Below, piece by piece: positions 50,103 through 62,677 of a stretch of DNA of 64,000 nucleotides; within the stretch, counting starts at the first letter, position 1, and each line of letters starts with the position of its first letter. Origin of the DNA: Anthoceros angustus (taxonomy: Eukaryota; Plantae; Anthocerotophyta); the NCBI GenBank assembly GCA_010909165.1, contig MU008188.1, forward strand, positions 682,001-746,000, read 5' to 3'. The translations under genes and the position numbers were made by a program. The notes under the pieces were generated by a model that saw nothing but the letters and a program-made list of their open reading frames with translations, had not been told where the DNA came from and ran no database searches.

Positions 50103-50815
50103 TGAAGTCATCACATGAATACCCGTCTTTGCATGTCCACCTCCCGTGGCAATGTAATTTAACCTGCAGGCGGCTTAGTAACACACAAGATGCGGCCTTT
50201 AGGTTCTCCCTTGGTACATATCCGTGGTTGCCTCAAATAACTCCGACCCGCCTGCCTTTTGATTTGGCATGGCATCCTTGTACCCCTATAACCCACAAAT
50301 TGTATAAGGTCCCATACTGCGGCTATTTTGCTTCTTCCCCGCACCAGCATCCAATCCTTTCTCCACAACTACACTCGTGGGCTCGTTTTAAATACGCTTG
50401 ATGTGCATTGTTTCATAGCTATATGAGATTGAATAGGAGCAGTACATGATTTTTTCTTCGCCGCCGTACAAACCTCGTCACCTCCGCGATCTCTCTCACA
50501 GTTTCGCTTCCTGCATGCGGTGGTCACGTAGCGCAAGCGTGCGTGGCCCGCCTCCATGACCACCACTGACCTCCTGACACGGGCGGCCTGCCACTGCCAG
50601 GAGCCGGGAATTGAGGGTCCGTAATCCCTTGCCAGGGGCGTGACTAGGCTCCTCCCGCCTTCGTTGCCGTTCCTCCGGCTTCTCTCGCTCTTCTTCGGTT
50701 TCTCAGACCGGGGCGGATCAAGGGCCAAAGCATCGCCACCTCTCCTTTCGCTTTCATGTCGCTTCCCATCGCCATTACCGCCTCTTCGGGCCGCTGTAAA
50801 CCGTAATACGTACAC
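50103..50815 (-). CDS. Probable 5' exons of the ParB-MTase gene
   Basis: Acceptor cctgcag near 50163 leads into an exon that continues across the solo LTR to donor gtaagg near 45740; basic low-complexity ORF 50369-50815. No recognisable domain. Confidence 0.4.
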
Positions 50816-52463
50816 TCAGTGCCATTCAAGAGATGCGGAATCAAGAGCATGCAGCTGGAAAGGAGCGAACCTCGCTCTCACCGGCAAAGGATGAAGGCAA
50901 GAAAGTTTTGGAATTCACCGATCAGAAGCTGAAGGGCGATCTTCCAAAGCATGCCCAACCAGCCGGAAGGTCGCTTTGATTTCTTAAACTCGCTGTCATG
51001 GTCAAAGGAACGCGAATCAGTGGTTCAATCCCGATCATTGCGTACACTCGATCAATATATTAGGGTCACATGTGTTCCAAAAGATTATACCATGAACCCG
51101 TGTAGACTTAGGCACAGCGAAGCGACACTGGTGTCACACCCGCCGCCAGCCAGATTCCCTGTATGCCACAGATATCCGACTTCCTGACATTCGGCCGAGG
51201 AGGCTGCTGATGCCTCAATGGGCTATTGCAATAACCGGGCTCAGCCGCCCGGGTGTGTGCATAAGTTAGCAACCCCGACACCTCCCACTGGAACGCAGTC
51301 CATCGCCTGCATGATGTATGGATGGAGCATGTAGACATGACAGCGACCGGCTCAGCCTCTGTGAGTTCTAAGGTCCCTCACCGGGCGCAATGTTGAGAAC
51401 ATGCACACAATTCCGACGATGAAGTGGGTGTCAGCCACGACTTTGTATAGTCCGCTTTCACGGTGAGTTGTTTCTTGTTTCTCATAAATAAGCCAAGAAC
51501 CTTCTTCCTACATACGCCGCCCATGAAGAAGGCCAAGACCAATCTCAATTATCTCCGGTTCTGACGCTGGCGACATATGCGTAAGGCGAGTGGATGGATG
51601 AACAACCCGCCGACCGTACCTATGCCCCTGCGTAAACCAGTTGCCGGACCTATCTGTGATTCTCCTGGCATGATGTTTGACCCGGAAGGGAGAGAACTAG
51701 AACATCAATTGAAATAGGGAACCGCGTAATGGCTACCGTGAAACAGACGACCGGACTCCAGACATGCGTGCTTGGCAGCTTGGCTGGAAGACGTAAGTCA
51801 GTCACATTACCTAAGACATCGGTTTAAGGGACTAGCGAATTGTATTCCATAATGACCTTTGATTGTTTGGGCGTTTGGTGACACAGTAATGCTGAATGCC
51901 TGCGAATGTGCGTATACGTATTGACAAGGTCGTCACGGTTACGGCGATTTCAAGCAATTTTATCACCCAACTCTTCACGATCTGCTCCACAAACTCCTCG
52001 CACCCACTTGTACCGCCATGGAGGGAAGGCTCACATTTAGTAAACAGGAAGGCAATGATGACAAGAGGATGGATGTCCATCCGATCAGTCTCCTTTTTGC
52101 AAGACGCGGATTGTCTAACAATGTGTGGATGATGGATGATATTGCCGCCCAAGCCTGGTGGCTCATCTTGTGCAAAAGCAGGAAGAAGAGGACGACACCA
52201 ACCGTATGCCAAGTGTGAAGAGGAGCTTGGCCAACGCTCGCTTTATGCGAAACCTTCGATGCAAACGGCCTGCGTTGTACATTATGGATCTTCGTCGCAT
52301 CATGACGCTTGGATGTCAAAATGTGCATTGAGGAAAAGTGATAAAGGCGCTTATCAAGGCCGAGTTTTGAAACCATGTTGCAATGACATGTGTCCGTGAT
52401 AGGTTAACGAAAAGAAAAATTTCAAGAAGAAATAAGTATCGCTTTTCCTCACAGCATGGAAGA

Positions 52464-55400
52464 TGGCACGTGAGACATTTCTCTGGAAACCTTGATGTAC
52501 GTCCGTGAGGGAATGAGGCGAAGGAAAGTGGTTTGTGGACTACGACTCTCGTTAAGAAATAAGTAGGGCTTTGTTTTTTTGTAGGAGCCGATGGCGATAC
52601 AAATATGTTGAAAAAGGGGGGGATAATAAGCACGATTTGACAGATTGGGGATCGTGACCCGAGTATACTCCCATCCCGGATCGGGCAACGACTTTGACCT
52701 ACTATGACAGCGCCTTACCGCTAAACGGGATACAAGTCCTGACTCACCCCAGTCCAAAGGTGATAAGTACACCGGAAAGTAACTTAAGTGAGCCGCGAGG
52801 ACGGACTCAGGCGCGCTTACGCGGACGCCCCGGTGGAGGTCGCATGCAAACAAGCCGTGAGCTCGCCGGGCCGCGGCAGCAGTGTATTCACGCCCGCGAC
52901 CCGCGCCAGAAGGCCGAGCACGGCAGCAGAAGCGCCGTAGTGTGAGGCGCAAGGTCGCAATGCCATGCACTCCTCGCGGATGTGAAGAGGCGCCTTCCGC
53001 CTATATTCCAAGGCGCGTCAAGGGAAGGTCACTTTACCGCGCAGCCTCGAGATACCCCGCGCCTCGCCCGCAACCCGCTCGGGCGCTATCTCTTTGAGCG
53101 CCCCAAAGATTTCGGTTGTAGTCCACGGGTCGGGGTTGGAGAACAACGCGCGAGGAGGGCGATCGTGCCAAAGGAACTCCGCCAGCCTGCCGAAAAAGGA
53201 GACGAGGCGGCGGCACCCAAAAGCTCGGAAGTTTGGGAGCCATGGAACCGTGGAGCGCAACATTGTGACTCCGGGCGCTATCCGACTTTGGGCCGGCCGA
53301 GGAAGGGAGAAGGCAGGAGTGGCACGGATGCGCTAGACGGTCTCGACGCTCGGCCATACCTGGGTCCGGAGTTCACCGGAAGATGTTGGCGGTCAACAAG
53401 GAGGTGCGGTCCAAGAACCTCCGGAGGACCCATGGCGGACCTTGAGGTCCCGGGAGGCGCCTACAACCGCCCAAAGGAGGAAGAAGGGGAGCGCTGCCCC
53501 TCAAGGCGGGAAGATAGGGCCGGGCCGAGGCCTCGACGCAGAGGACCACCAACGGTGGCCGATATCCGACCCACCGGGATGAGTAGCGGTAGCCCTTGAT
53601 CATTGTCCATTGATCCGCCACCAAGGTGGATCACCTTGGATAACCTCACAGTATTCTCGCATGCGCTACAATGGGGAAGAGGCGGACTGGGAAGGATTAT
53701 CTCTGCTTAGCTGGGAGGCCCGCAAGCTCAGACCGAGAAGCCTCGCTGGCCGCCCTACCGATCCATGTATGGGGACATTTCAGCCTCAAGGAGGGAGAGC
53801 TGAGCGGGCGCCCGAAAGGACCGAGGCCCCGCCGAAGTGGAGCGGGCGCCCGAGGTGGAGGCCGACCCAAGGCCAAACGACCCGGGAGGAGGACGATCGG
53901 GAGGGAATTCCGACCCATACGCCCTGAACGGACCCCTCACCACCTGTGGAAGTATGGGAAGAAATCCCCGCTTCCTCCTCGGTGCCCCAACCGAGCAGCC
54001 CAAAGCAGGCTGACCCAGCCCCGCCACCACCACATAACCATACCATGGAGCCCGCCTGACTGTGAGGGAACCAAGAGACGCAAGACCCTACTAACGCTGC
54101 ACCTCGGGACCAAGATTCTTACCCCCGCCTACGGGAGTGGCAAGAAGCAGGCTGTGAAGGAGGAGGGCAGAGGACGCCTCAGTGAGCAGGAGGACACTGC
54201 AGCAGCCTGCACTCGAGCCGGCCCCTGCCGCCGATGTGAAGGGGCAAAAGGGCTTGCTCCCGACTCCTCACCTCCTCCGAGCCCTGAGAAAAGGGGAGAA
54301 GGAGCTCGGGGCTAAGGAGGGTGAAGCCCGGAAGCCAAAGACTCGTGACCTAAGGGTCCCGATTAGGTCCGGAGAACCCAACCGACTTACTCCGACAATG
54401 TATGGAGGTCTCGGATCGGAAACGCCGCCCCGCCACTGACTTTGTGGGAGCTCTCAGCGGCACCGGAAGAAACATGGCGGTTCCGCTAACATCAGATGCT
54501 TTGGGGTCTCATGAAGACCGGAAGGTAGAAGCCACCCGAGGCATGGTACTCCTCCGAGCAGCTTGAGGGGCCCAGAGGCAAGAAGGAAGGCCAAGCCCTA
54601 CGGATTGAGGAAGGAAACGCCGAGGCGAGAGGGAGGTCCGTCCATCCGCAAGGATGACTAAATTCCTTCACCGGAGGAGCAAGGAAGCTAAGGAGGCCCA
54701 AGCGGCCGAGGACCTCGCAGCAGAGGGGTAGTGCACAGAAGGCAAGAGGCCCGGCGCGAGCGGGCGCGGACTCAAGTGAGGCACCAGACTGCAAGCTCGG
54801 AGAGGCTCGTGAAGGTGGCCAAGGAGGCTGAAGCACCGATCGCCATCACTACTCCATGGATCGGAACCGGTGGAGGGAGGAGAGCCACAACCGGCCGAGC
54901 AGCAAGGAGAGCAAGCACGACGAGCCGTGTAACACTGAGGCCAAGACCCGGAAATCGGGACCAGGCGGAAATGGGCAGGAGGTAGAAGGGAGGCGGCAGA
55001 GTCGAGGACAAGAAGGACACCTTGGAGTTACAACCCAAGACGCTGGGCTGAGCAGCAAGGGGTTCTCAACGAGAATCCAAGACTTTGAGCTGAGATAGAG
55101 GCGCCCACCGCCTCAAGATGAGCAGAGGTGGTGAGGGCGCGACCACCAAAGCCTGTGAAGTTCGCGATAAGGAGATGGAGGATCTCCTGACTCAGCCCGT
55201 GAGGTGGAGCAGTGGAGATGGAAGACCGCAGGAGACTTTGAGCAGCCCAAACTACCATTGAGAGGAATGGTAGTCATAGGTCGCGAACGCGAAAATAGAG
55301 CGGCTGAGCTGGCATATGGACGGAGTCAAGAGACGGCGATGGAACAGGAGCAGGACGCCGCCGAGATGGAGAAGGGCCTGGAGCCTGCACCGCAGAGCTG

Positions 55401-57011
55401 CCCACCGTCTGAGAGGGAGATGGCGAGCAATGTCTGAATGGACAAAGAGGCGAGCCGGAAGTGCATAAGAAGCCGGTCCACCTTGAGGAAGGCGGAAGGC
55501 GGGCGGGCAAGCCGCGCAACTGGCCAAGGGAGTTGGAGCAGTGGAGCAACAATGACGCTGGAGGTGACCGAGGCACCTGGGCGAGAAGGCATTCAGCCTT
55601 ATCAAACTCGGAGGTGGACCAATGCGGCAAAGACGCCACCCGAGCACCTATGGCGAAGGGAGACGGTGCCCGGCACACGTGAAGAGGCAATCCAACAAGT
55701 GGATTCTGGACTTTGCCTATTACTACCGAGCCCTGCAGAGAGGCCTCATCAGAAATGCACCCGACCTGAAGGCCTGGAGGGGAAGAAGGCACGGGGACAA
55801 AGACAGTGGACTCCTAGGGCCCTGCTTGAGACGACGCAATGGGGAGAAGAGCCTCAAGAGGAGCGGGACGAACCCCCTGAGGTAAGTTCACCGCAACCCG
55901 CCTCAGAGAAGGGAGGACGGGCCCGAAGGGTGCGGAGGAGCCAACCCACCCAAGACAAGGGCCTGGGTAGGGAGGAGGACCTAGCAAGACGAGGTCCACA
56001 AGGGGTCCGGAGCTTGGGGACCGGAATAAGTTCGGACCGAGGTCCGAACCTCAGAGACCAGGCCGGACCCACCGGACCTGGGAAATAAGCCGACCCTGAG
56101 TTCAGACGAGTCGAGACCTGACTCGAGGTCCTGCCCAAAGAAGTGAGGAGCCCCTTCGACTTACGCTGGGGAGCATAGTGGCCCCACCGGAGGGGACCCA
56201 CGGGAGGCTGGGAGGATGACGCCGCGGCACGGGTCATCACGCCACGAGCCCAACCCGACAGTGATTCCGGAGAGAGGAGGTCTACCGCTGATCATCCGAT
56301 TGCGCCAGAATCGTCGGGAGATTGACCACCAATCCCAAGGCGAACCTGACCTTCCTACCCCACCGCCGAAGGGGAGAGAATAGGGGTGGCGGCCGACAGG
56401 TATACCGAAATGGCCATCACCGTAATAGGGGTGTAATAAAGACGCCGACTGGGCGTAGTATAAGAGGGTCATCAATAAATCATCTTTCTTGGTGTTGATG
56501 CTGCTTGCGACAATTTTGTGTGTCTTCTGCTAACGTGAGTCCCGAGTCACCGAGCAGCAATGGCGAGAGATTGACTGGGTCCCGTGACGACTCCAACGTT
56601 GTGGTGGTGTGTGAGGGTGGGACCTGCGGCTCGGGCCCCGCCCAGCCGGGCCGAATCGGACCGAACGCAGAGGAGGGACTCGGGGCGGCAGAGCCCTGGA
56701 CGGAGAGGCCCCAGAGAACGACCTGAGGAGGTCCTGATCAAGGCCTTTTCCCTAAGACCGATAAGGTGTAGTGGGAGGGAGAGAGGAACGACGAGGTGGA
56801 GTGACTTAACGTGAACGAAACGACGCGAACGTCTCTAAACGCTTGGCCATACCGGCCCGGCGTGATTTGTCAGGTAGTTAGACGAATCGAGAATGTGCGC
56901 TGGAACTAAAGTAAGACGAGATCGCTAAACAGAACGGAGTCCTATTCCTTTGGGAACGACTCTTCCTACAACGACACGGGATTGTGTACCAACAAAAGTG
57001 CCGCCGCCACA
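52464..57011 (+). mobile_element. Probable solo LTR, family 4, copy A (~4.5 kb) with embedded accessory ORF
   Basis: Colinear with 58306-62677. Same layout as other LTRs (AT-rich head, ORF with ADW..IHMY-like motifs plus coiled coil, TATAAG, ttggga..acgac terminal motif). No gag-pol or PBS adjacent. Ends approximate. Confidence 0.72.
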
Positions 57012-58305
57012 TGGTTCCTGTTACAGTAATCACCGCTATCAAATGCTGTTTACGGCATTTAGAAGAGAAAGTTTTACCCATCAGTCACAAAAGGTATGAG
57101 GGAATTAAAGAGTGGTGGTCAGTCCTAATGCACCAGCGGGACTGTCAAGCTTGAAGGCCAACCCTATATGTAAGACCCACGCACGCAGAAAGGGGCCAGT
57201 AGCTTGGCCGGACTGTTTTTTAAGATGGGCGTAGTAGAGGTCAGCCGACGTGGAGGTCTTCAATCTTCCGACACATACACGGGTTGAGATATGGCTCAAA
57301 GATAATACAATGTGAGATATTCATGTACATGGGTTTGTAGAATATACGCCATGCCGTTCCCAAATTGTGGAAAACATACTCAAAGCAGAAAGTGAAGATA
57401 ATCAAGTCCAATCGATTAACGTGGCTTCTCACCGGCCAGTTGAAAGCAACAATACGGAATACTCACCTCCAAAGAGGATCATGGCGCTTGAACCGCAATA
57501 AACCTTCCTCTTTCTAGAATACCGCCGCTAAGGAAGGGGACTCAGACCGGCGGGCGCGATTCGAAGGGTTGGTCAGGGTTGGTGTCTGCAGGTGGAGGAT
57601 AAGGAACTGAGTTCATTACCGATAGTATCGTACCGTTCAACATCCTCCCTGCAGATGCACTTTCTTATATCATCGTCTGCTGTATGTGGTGTTGGGGTTC
57701 CACATTTACCGATGACGCGGTAACTTGATGTGGTTGTATGAGGGCGTGAGGGCGCCGGCCGGTTTCCTACCTGCGTTAACAATTCATCCAAGACACTTGG
57801 TTTGATGTCAAAGTGCCATCCTCATCAAAGTCGCCTTTCAATGAGTTTGCTGGAAGAAAGTTCAATCGATGCGAGATTGCCTCAGATCTGTGGGCCTCGC
57901 TGTGGCAGCCTGTTTAGGAAGCTGAAAAGGCCAAACGCTTAATATCTTTATCCTATGTTGTTTGCAGAGGAAGTACCAGGCACATAGAGCGCCTATATGC
58001 AGAAGGCAAAGATGCTAAACACCAAGATTACGTTGAACCGCAAGTATATATGTTATTATCTATTGATGATATGGAGATGTAAATACCCCATTTTTGGGTG
58101 GCTAAGAACCAGAAGAGGAAAGTCAATTTCGGGCCCATGTTGTGGGTGCTTATTTTACAACTAAGCGTGATAAACCGTGATTTTCACATGCATTATGCTA
58201 ACTTCGAGATGATGCCTTGACCGGGGTTCGCAAAGTTTTATACTTGCAGGTTGGACAACATGCGGGAGGATAAGAACCAATATTATTGTATGACTTAAAT
58301 ATGCT

Positions 58306-61300
58306 TGTGGACATGGGGACTTTCCAGAAAGTGAAGGTGGGCTTCCTACTAGTTGGGCACTGTGGACTATGGACTTCCCTTGGGGGGTAGGAATTAAGTA
58401 GGGCTTTGTTTTTTTTGGTAGGTTGGAATAGTAAAATAAGGCGGAAAAGGAGGAATAAGCACGGATGGCGCCTCCTGACCGACCGAGTATACCCGACTCG
58501 GAGTGGGCAACGACTCAACCACTATGGCGAAGCCCGACTACGCTAACGGATAAGTCCGACCCCACCCGGTCAAAACAGATAAGTACGCCAGGAAAGTAAC
58601 TTAGAAGTTGAGTCGTGAGGATGCATCGGCCGCCACGTGGACGGCCCCGAGTGGAGGTCGGGCATGCAGCAGTGCCAGACGAGCTGTGGGCCGCAGGTAT
58701 TCACGCCCGGACCGCGCGGCGCACAGAAGGCCGTAGCACGGCGTAAGGCCGAGGCGGAGGCGTAAGGTCGAGTAAGCCATGCACTGCGCTACGTGTGGAA
58801 GAGGCGCCTTCCCGCCTGCCTTACTTCCCACGCGGCCGAAGAGGGTCATTTCACGGCACCGACAATTTCGCAGCCTCGCGCCCGCAACCCGCCTCGGCGC
58901 TATCTCTTTGAGCGCCCAGCATCTCGAGCGGCTCACCGCCGGGTTGGAGCAGCCGAACGCGAAGAGGGCGATCGCGCCGACTCCGCCGCCAGCCTACAAA
59001 GAACAAGGGAGAAGAAGGCGATGGCACCCAAAAAGGTCATGGAGGTCCGGGAGCCATGGAACCGTAGAGCGCAACATTGTGACCCGCGCTATCCGGACTT
59101 TGGGCCCCGCCGAGGAAGCGGGGAATTAGTCGAGGAGTGGCACTAGATGTGTTCCAGTCTCGACGCTTGACAACACTCCGTCCGGAGTTCGCTCAAGATG
59201 TTGGCGGCGGCCAACAAGGAGGTTCGTCCAAGAACCTCCGGGAGGATCCTAGGCGATGGACCTTGAGGTCCCGAGGGCGCCTACAACCGCCCAAAGGAGG
59301 AAGATGGGGCGAGTCCCGCAGCCCTCAAGGCGGGAAAGATAGGGCCAAGAATGGGCGCGCCGAGGCTCGAACGCAGGACAACCAACGGCGGTTGATATCG
59401 CACGACGCCGATAAGGGGGTCAGAGCCCGATCATTGTCCATTGAACTCGCCACCAAGGTGGATCACCTTGGTGATAATTTGGTGTTCCCGCATGCGCACT
59501 GGGAAAGAGGGCGGACTGGGAAGGATTATCTTCGCCTGCTCACAGAGGCCCGCAAGCCGAGGAGCGAGAAGCCTCGCTCTGATCCCCATACCCGATCCAT
59601 GTATGGGGACATGAGCTCAAGGAGGGAGAGATCGAGCGCCCCAAGAGGCCGGCGAGCGTGCAAGGGCGCCCGAGGTGGGGGCCACCCCTAAGGCCAAACG
59701 ACCCGGAGGAGGACGACCGGAGGGATTCCGACCCATACGCCCGAACGGACCCCTCACCACCTGTGGAAGTATGGAAGAAATCCCCGCCTCTTCTCCCGGT
59801 GCCTCCTCCGAGCAACAACGCAGCAGAGGGAACGACGGAGCGAGTTGGCGGCAGCCCCAGAGCTCACCCAAGAATCAGCCGAGCCCGACGACTCGGGCGG
59901 AACCAAGAGGCGCAAGACGCACCAACGCAAAGACTCGTGACGGTCTCTCCCCCGCCCACGAGTGGCAAGAGGTCAAGAGGCGTAAGGAGGGCGTAGCGCA
60001 GGAGCAGAGGTCACCGGCAGCCTGCACTCGAGCCTGCCCCCGGCTGTGAAGGGGCAAGGGCTAGCCCCGACCCCTCACCCTCCGAGCCCTGTGACTAAGA
60101 GGGCAAATAGGAATGCCAAGAGGGCCAAGGAGGGTGAAGCTCCGAGCCAAGACTCAGACCTAAGGGTCCCGATTAGGTCCGAGAACCCAGACCCGACTCC
60201 GGATCTGGTATGGAGGTCCTTGGCGGACCGTGAAATGCCCGCCTCCCACTACGGACTTTGTGGGGTCTCACTAAGGCCGTGGAAGAAACACGGCATGGTC
60301 CTACGCCATGGACGATGCTTTGGGGTCTCGGAGCCGAGAAGACCTGGAGGTAGAAGCCACCCGAGGGATGGTGCTCCTCCGTGAGCAGCTGGAGGGGCCC
60401 AGGAGGCAAGGAGGAAGGCTCCCGCATCGAGGAAGGGAAACGCAGGAGGCCGAGAGGGAAGTCCGTCCATCCGACAGACGACTAAATTCCTTCACCGGGT
60501 GAGCACGTGCATGTGAGGCCCAAGCACGGTCAAGACCTCGCAGCGGAGGGGAGTAGCGCAGCAGGAGGCGAGGAGGCCCGCAAGTGAGAAGGCTCGTGAC
60601 CGGGCGAGGCGGCCTGACCGACCAGCGCCAAATGGGGCGAAGTGAAGGCGAGGGAGGCGTCACCGCTAAGATCGACCGCGATCACTATCGGCGTGATCGG
60701 AACCGTGGAGGGAGACGGCAGGATAGCCGCTAACTCAAGAAGGAGCAGGAGGCGGCGAGCACGGGCCACCCATGCCGAGGAGGAAGCACGCAAGGAGATG
60801 GAGGATCTCCTCCGCATGTGAGGTGGAGCGCCAAGGTGAGAGATGGAAGACCGCAAGAGAGTCATAGCCCAAGTTACCATTGAGAGGAATGAATGCAGGC
60901 GTGATCGCGATCACGAACGAGAAATAGAGCGGCTCCTGCTGGGACGGAGGAAGTACGGCGATGGAACAGGAGCGTGACGCCGCCAAATGGAGAAGGACTG
61001 GAGGCCCGCACGGGCAGAGTTGCCCGACCCTGGAGAGGGAGATGGAGTTAACACGAATGAACGAGGAGCGAGAGCACCGGACGCAAAGAAGCCGCCGTCC
61101 GGAAGGCGAAGGAGCGCCGCGCTATGGTAAGCTAGCAGAGCAAACGACGGAGCCGGAGCAAAGTGAGCAACAGCAGTGAGGTGACCGAGGCGCCTTGTAG
61201 CCTCGCATGACGGCCTCCCACAAACCCGGCAGGGAGGTGGTCCAACAAGCCGGGCAAGAGACGCCTCCGAACACCCATGGCGAAGGGAGACGGTGCTCCG

Positions 61301-62677
61301 CACACGTGGAAGAGGCACCAACAAGTTGATTGACTTTTGCCTATTACCACGCCGAGCTCCTTAAGACATTGCCCTCCCGCCGCCCGCAAATAGACGGACC
61401 GGAAGGCCTGGGGGAAGGGCATGGGGACAAAGACGGGACTCTAGTGGCCCCGCTTGGAGACGAGGGGAGAGAAGTGAGGAGGACGCGCCAATACAACGAA
61501 TCCTGTGGTAAGTCCGCCGCAACCCGCCGGAAGATAGAGGCGGGGCCTGAAGGAGGAGGAAGCCAAACCACCCAAGACAAGGGTCGGGATGAGGACCCAG
61601 CAAGAGGTCCGGGTAAGGGGTCCGGAGTTTGGACCGACTATTAATAAGTTCTGACCGAGGTCCGAACCCCGAGATGAGACCGACCAGCAGACCTGACTCA
61701 GAAGGCGACTCCCGACCGAGTCGAGACCGACCTCGAGGTCCGACTCAGAAGCAAGGAGGAGTCCCTCCGACTTACGCTGGGGAGCATACAATGGGTCTTC
61801 TCGAGGGGACCCACCGGGGCTGGGGAACGACGTTGTGGTAACGGCGGCCGCCGCATCACGGTAGAGCCCAACCCGACAGTGATTCCGGAAGAGGAAGGGG
61901 TCCCCGCGATCATCCGATTGCGCCAGAACTGCCGTGCCGGAGATTGACCACCAATCCCGAGGCGGAACCCGGACCTTCCCAGCCCACCGACGAAGGAGAT
62001 AGGAGGGGAGGAATAGGATGGTAGGCCGATTAGGGCATCGAAATGGCCACCCGTAATAGGGTGTAAAGGCGCCGACCGCGTAGTATAAGAGGGCCGAGGT
62101 CGCCTAAGTAAAGTCATCTTCTCTTGGTGTTGATGCCGCTTCGCACCCTTGTGCGCCTTCTTGCTAACGTGAGTCCCGAGTCATCGAAAGGTGCACACCC
62201 GAGAGACCGATCAAGGTTCCGTGACTGACTAACGGTGGTGGTGTGCAGAAGGGTGACCGGGGACCCGTGTTCGTCTGTAGGGCCGCCCAACACGAACGGG
62301 ACCGAATGTGTGAGCTGGAGGAACCCGGAGGGCGTGTAGAGCCCGGAGAGGCCCGAACGATGAGGAGGTCCTGACCGTAGCCCCGCTTTTCCCTAAGACC
62401 GATGAGTGTAGCGTGAGTGGAGAGAGAACGGACTAGAGGTGTAAGTGACGAACGTGAACGTATACTTGGACGCCAACGGGTCCTTAAACGTTTGGCCACA
62501 CCGCCTCGGTGAAGCGCTGGTGGTAGTTAGGCAAGGAATGTGCGTTGGAGTTTGAACGGACGCAGCGAAGTGAGAATCGTCAACGCGCAAGCAGACTATC
62601 ATTCCCCTTGGGAACCGGGACTCCTTCCATAACGACCTGATTGTCATGCGCATTTGGCCGTCCCGAAGTCGCGCACA
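58306..62677 (+). mobile_element. Probable solo LTR, family 4, copy B (~4.4 kb) with embedded accessory ORF
   Basis: Starts TGTGGA; ORF from MAPKKVMEVREPW (59021) through RAKNG..TKVDHL..ADW..IHMY (across frameshifts); diverged repeat of copy A. Confidence 0.75.

Noticed and set aside
57012-58305. Internal region of a non-autonomous (LARD/TRIM-like) element between family 4 copies A and B
   Set aside because: There is no PBS after A and no PPT before B, and A and B appear more diverged than the element 3 LTR pair. They are better read as two solo LTRs in backbone DNA.
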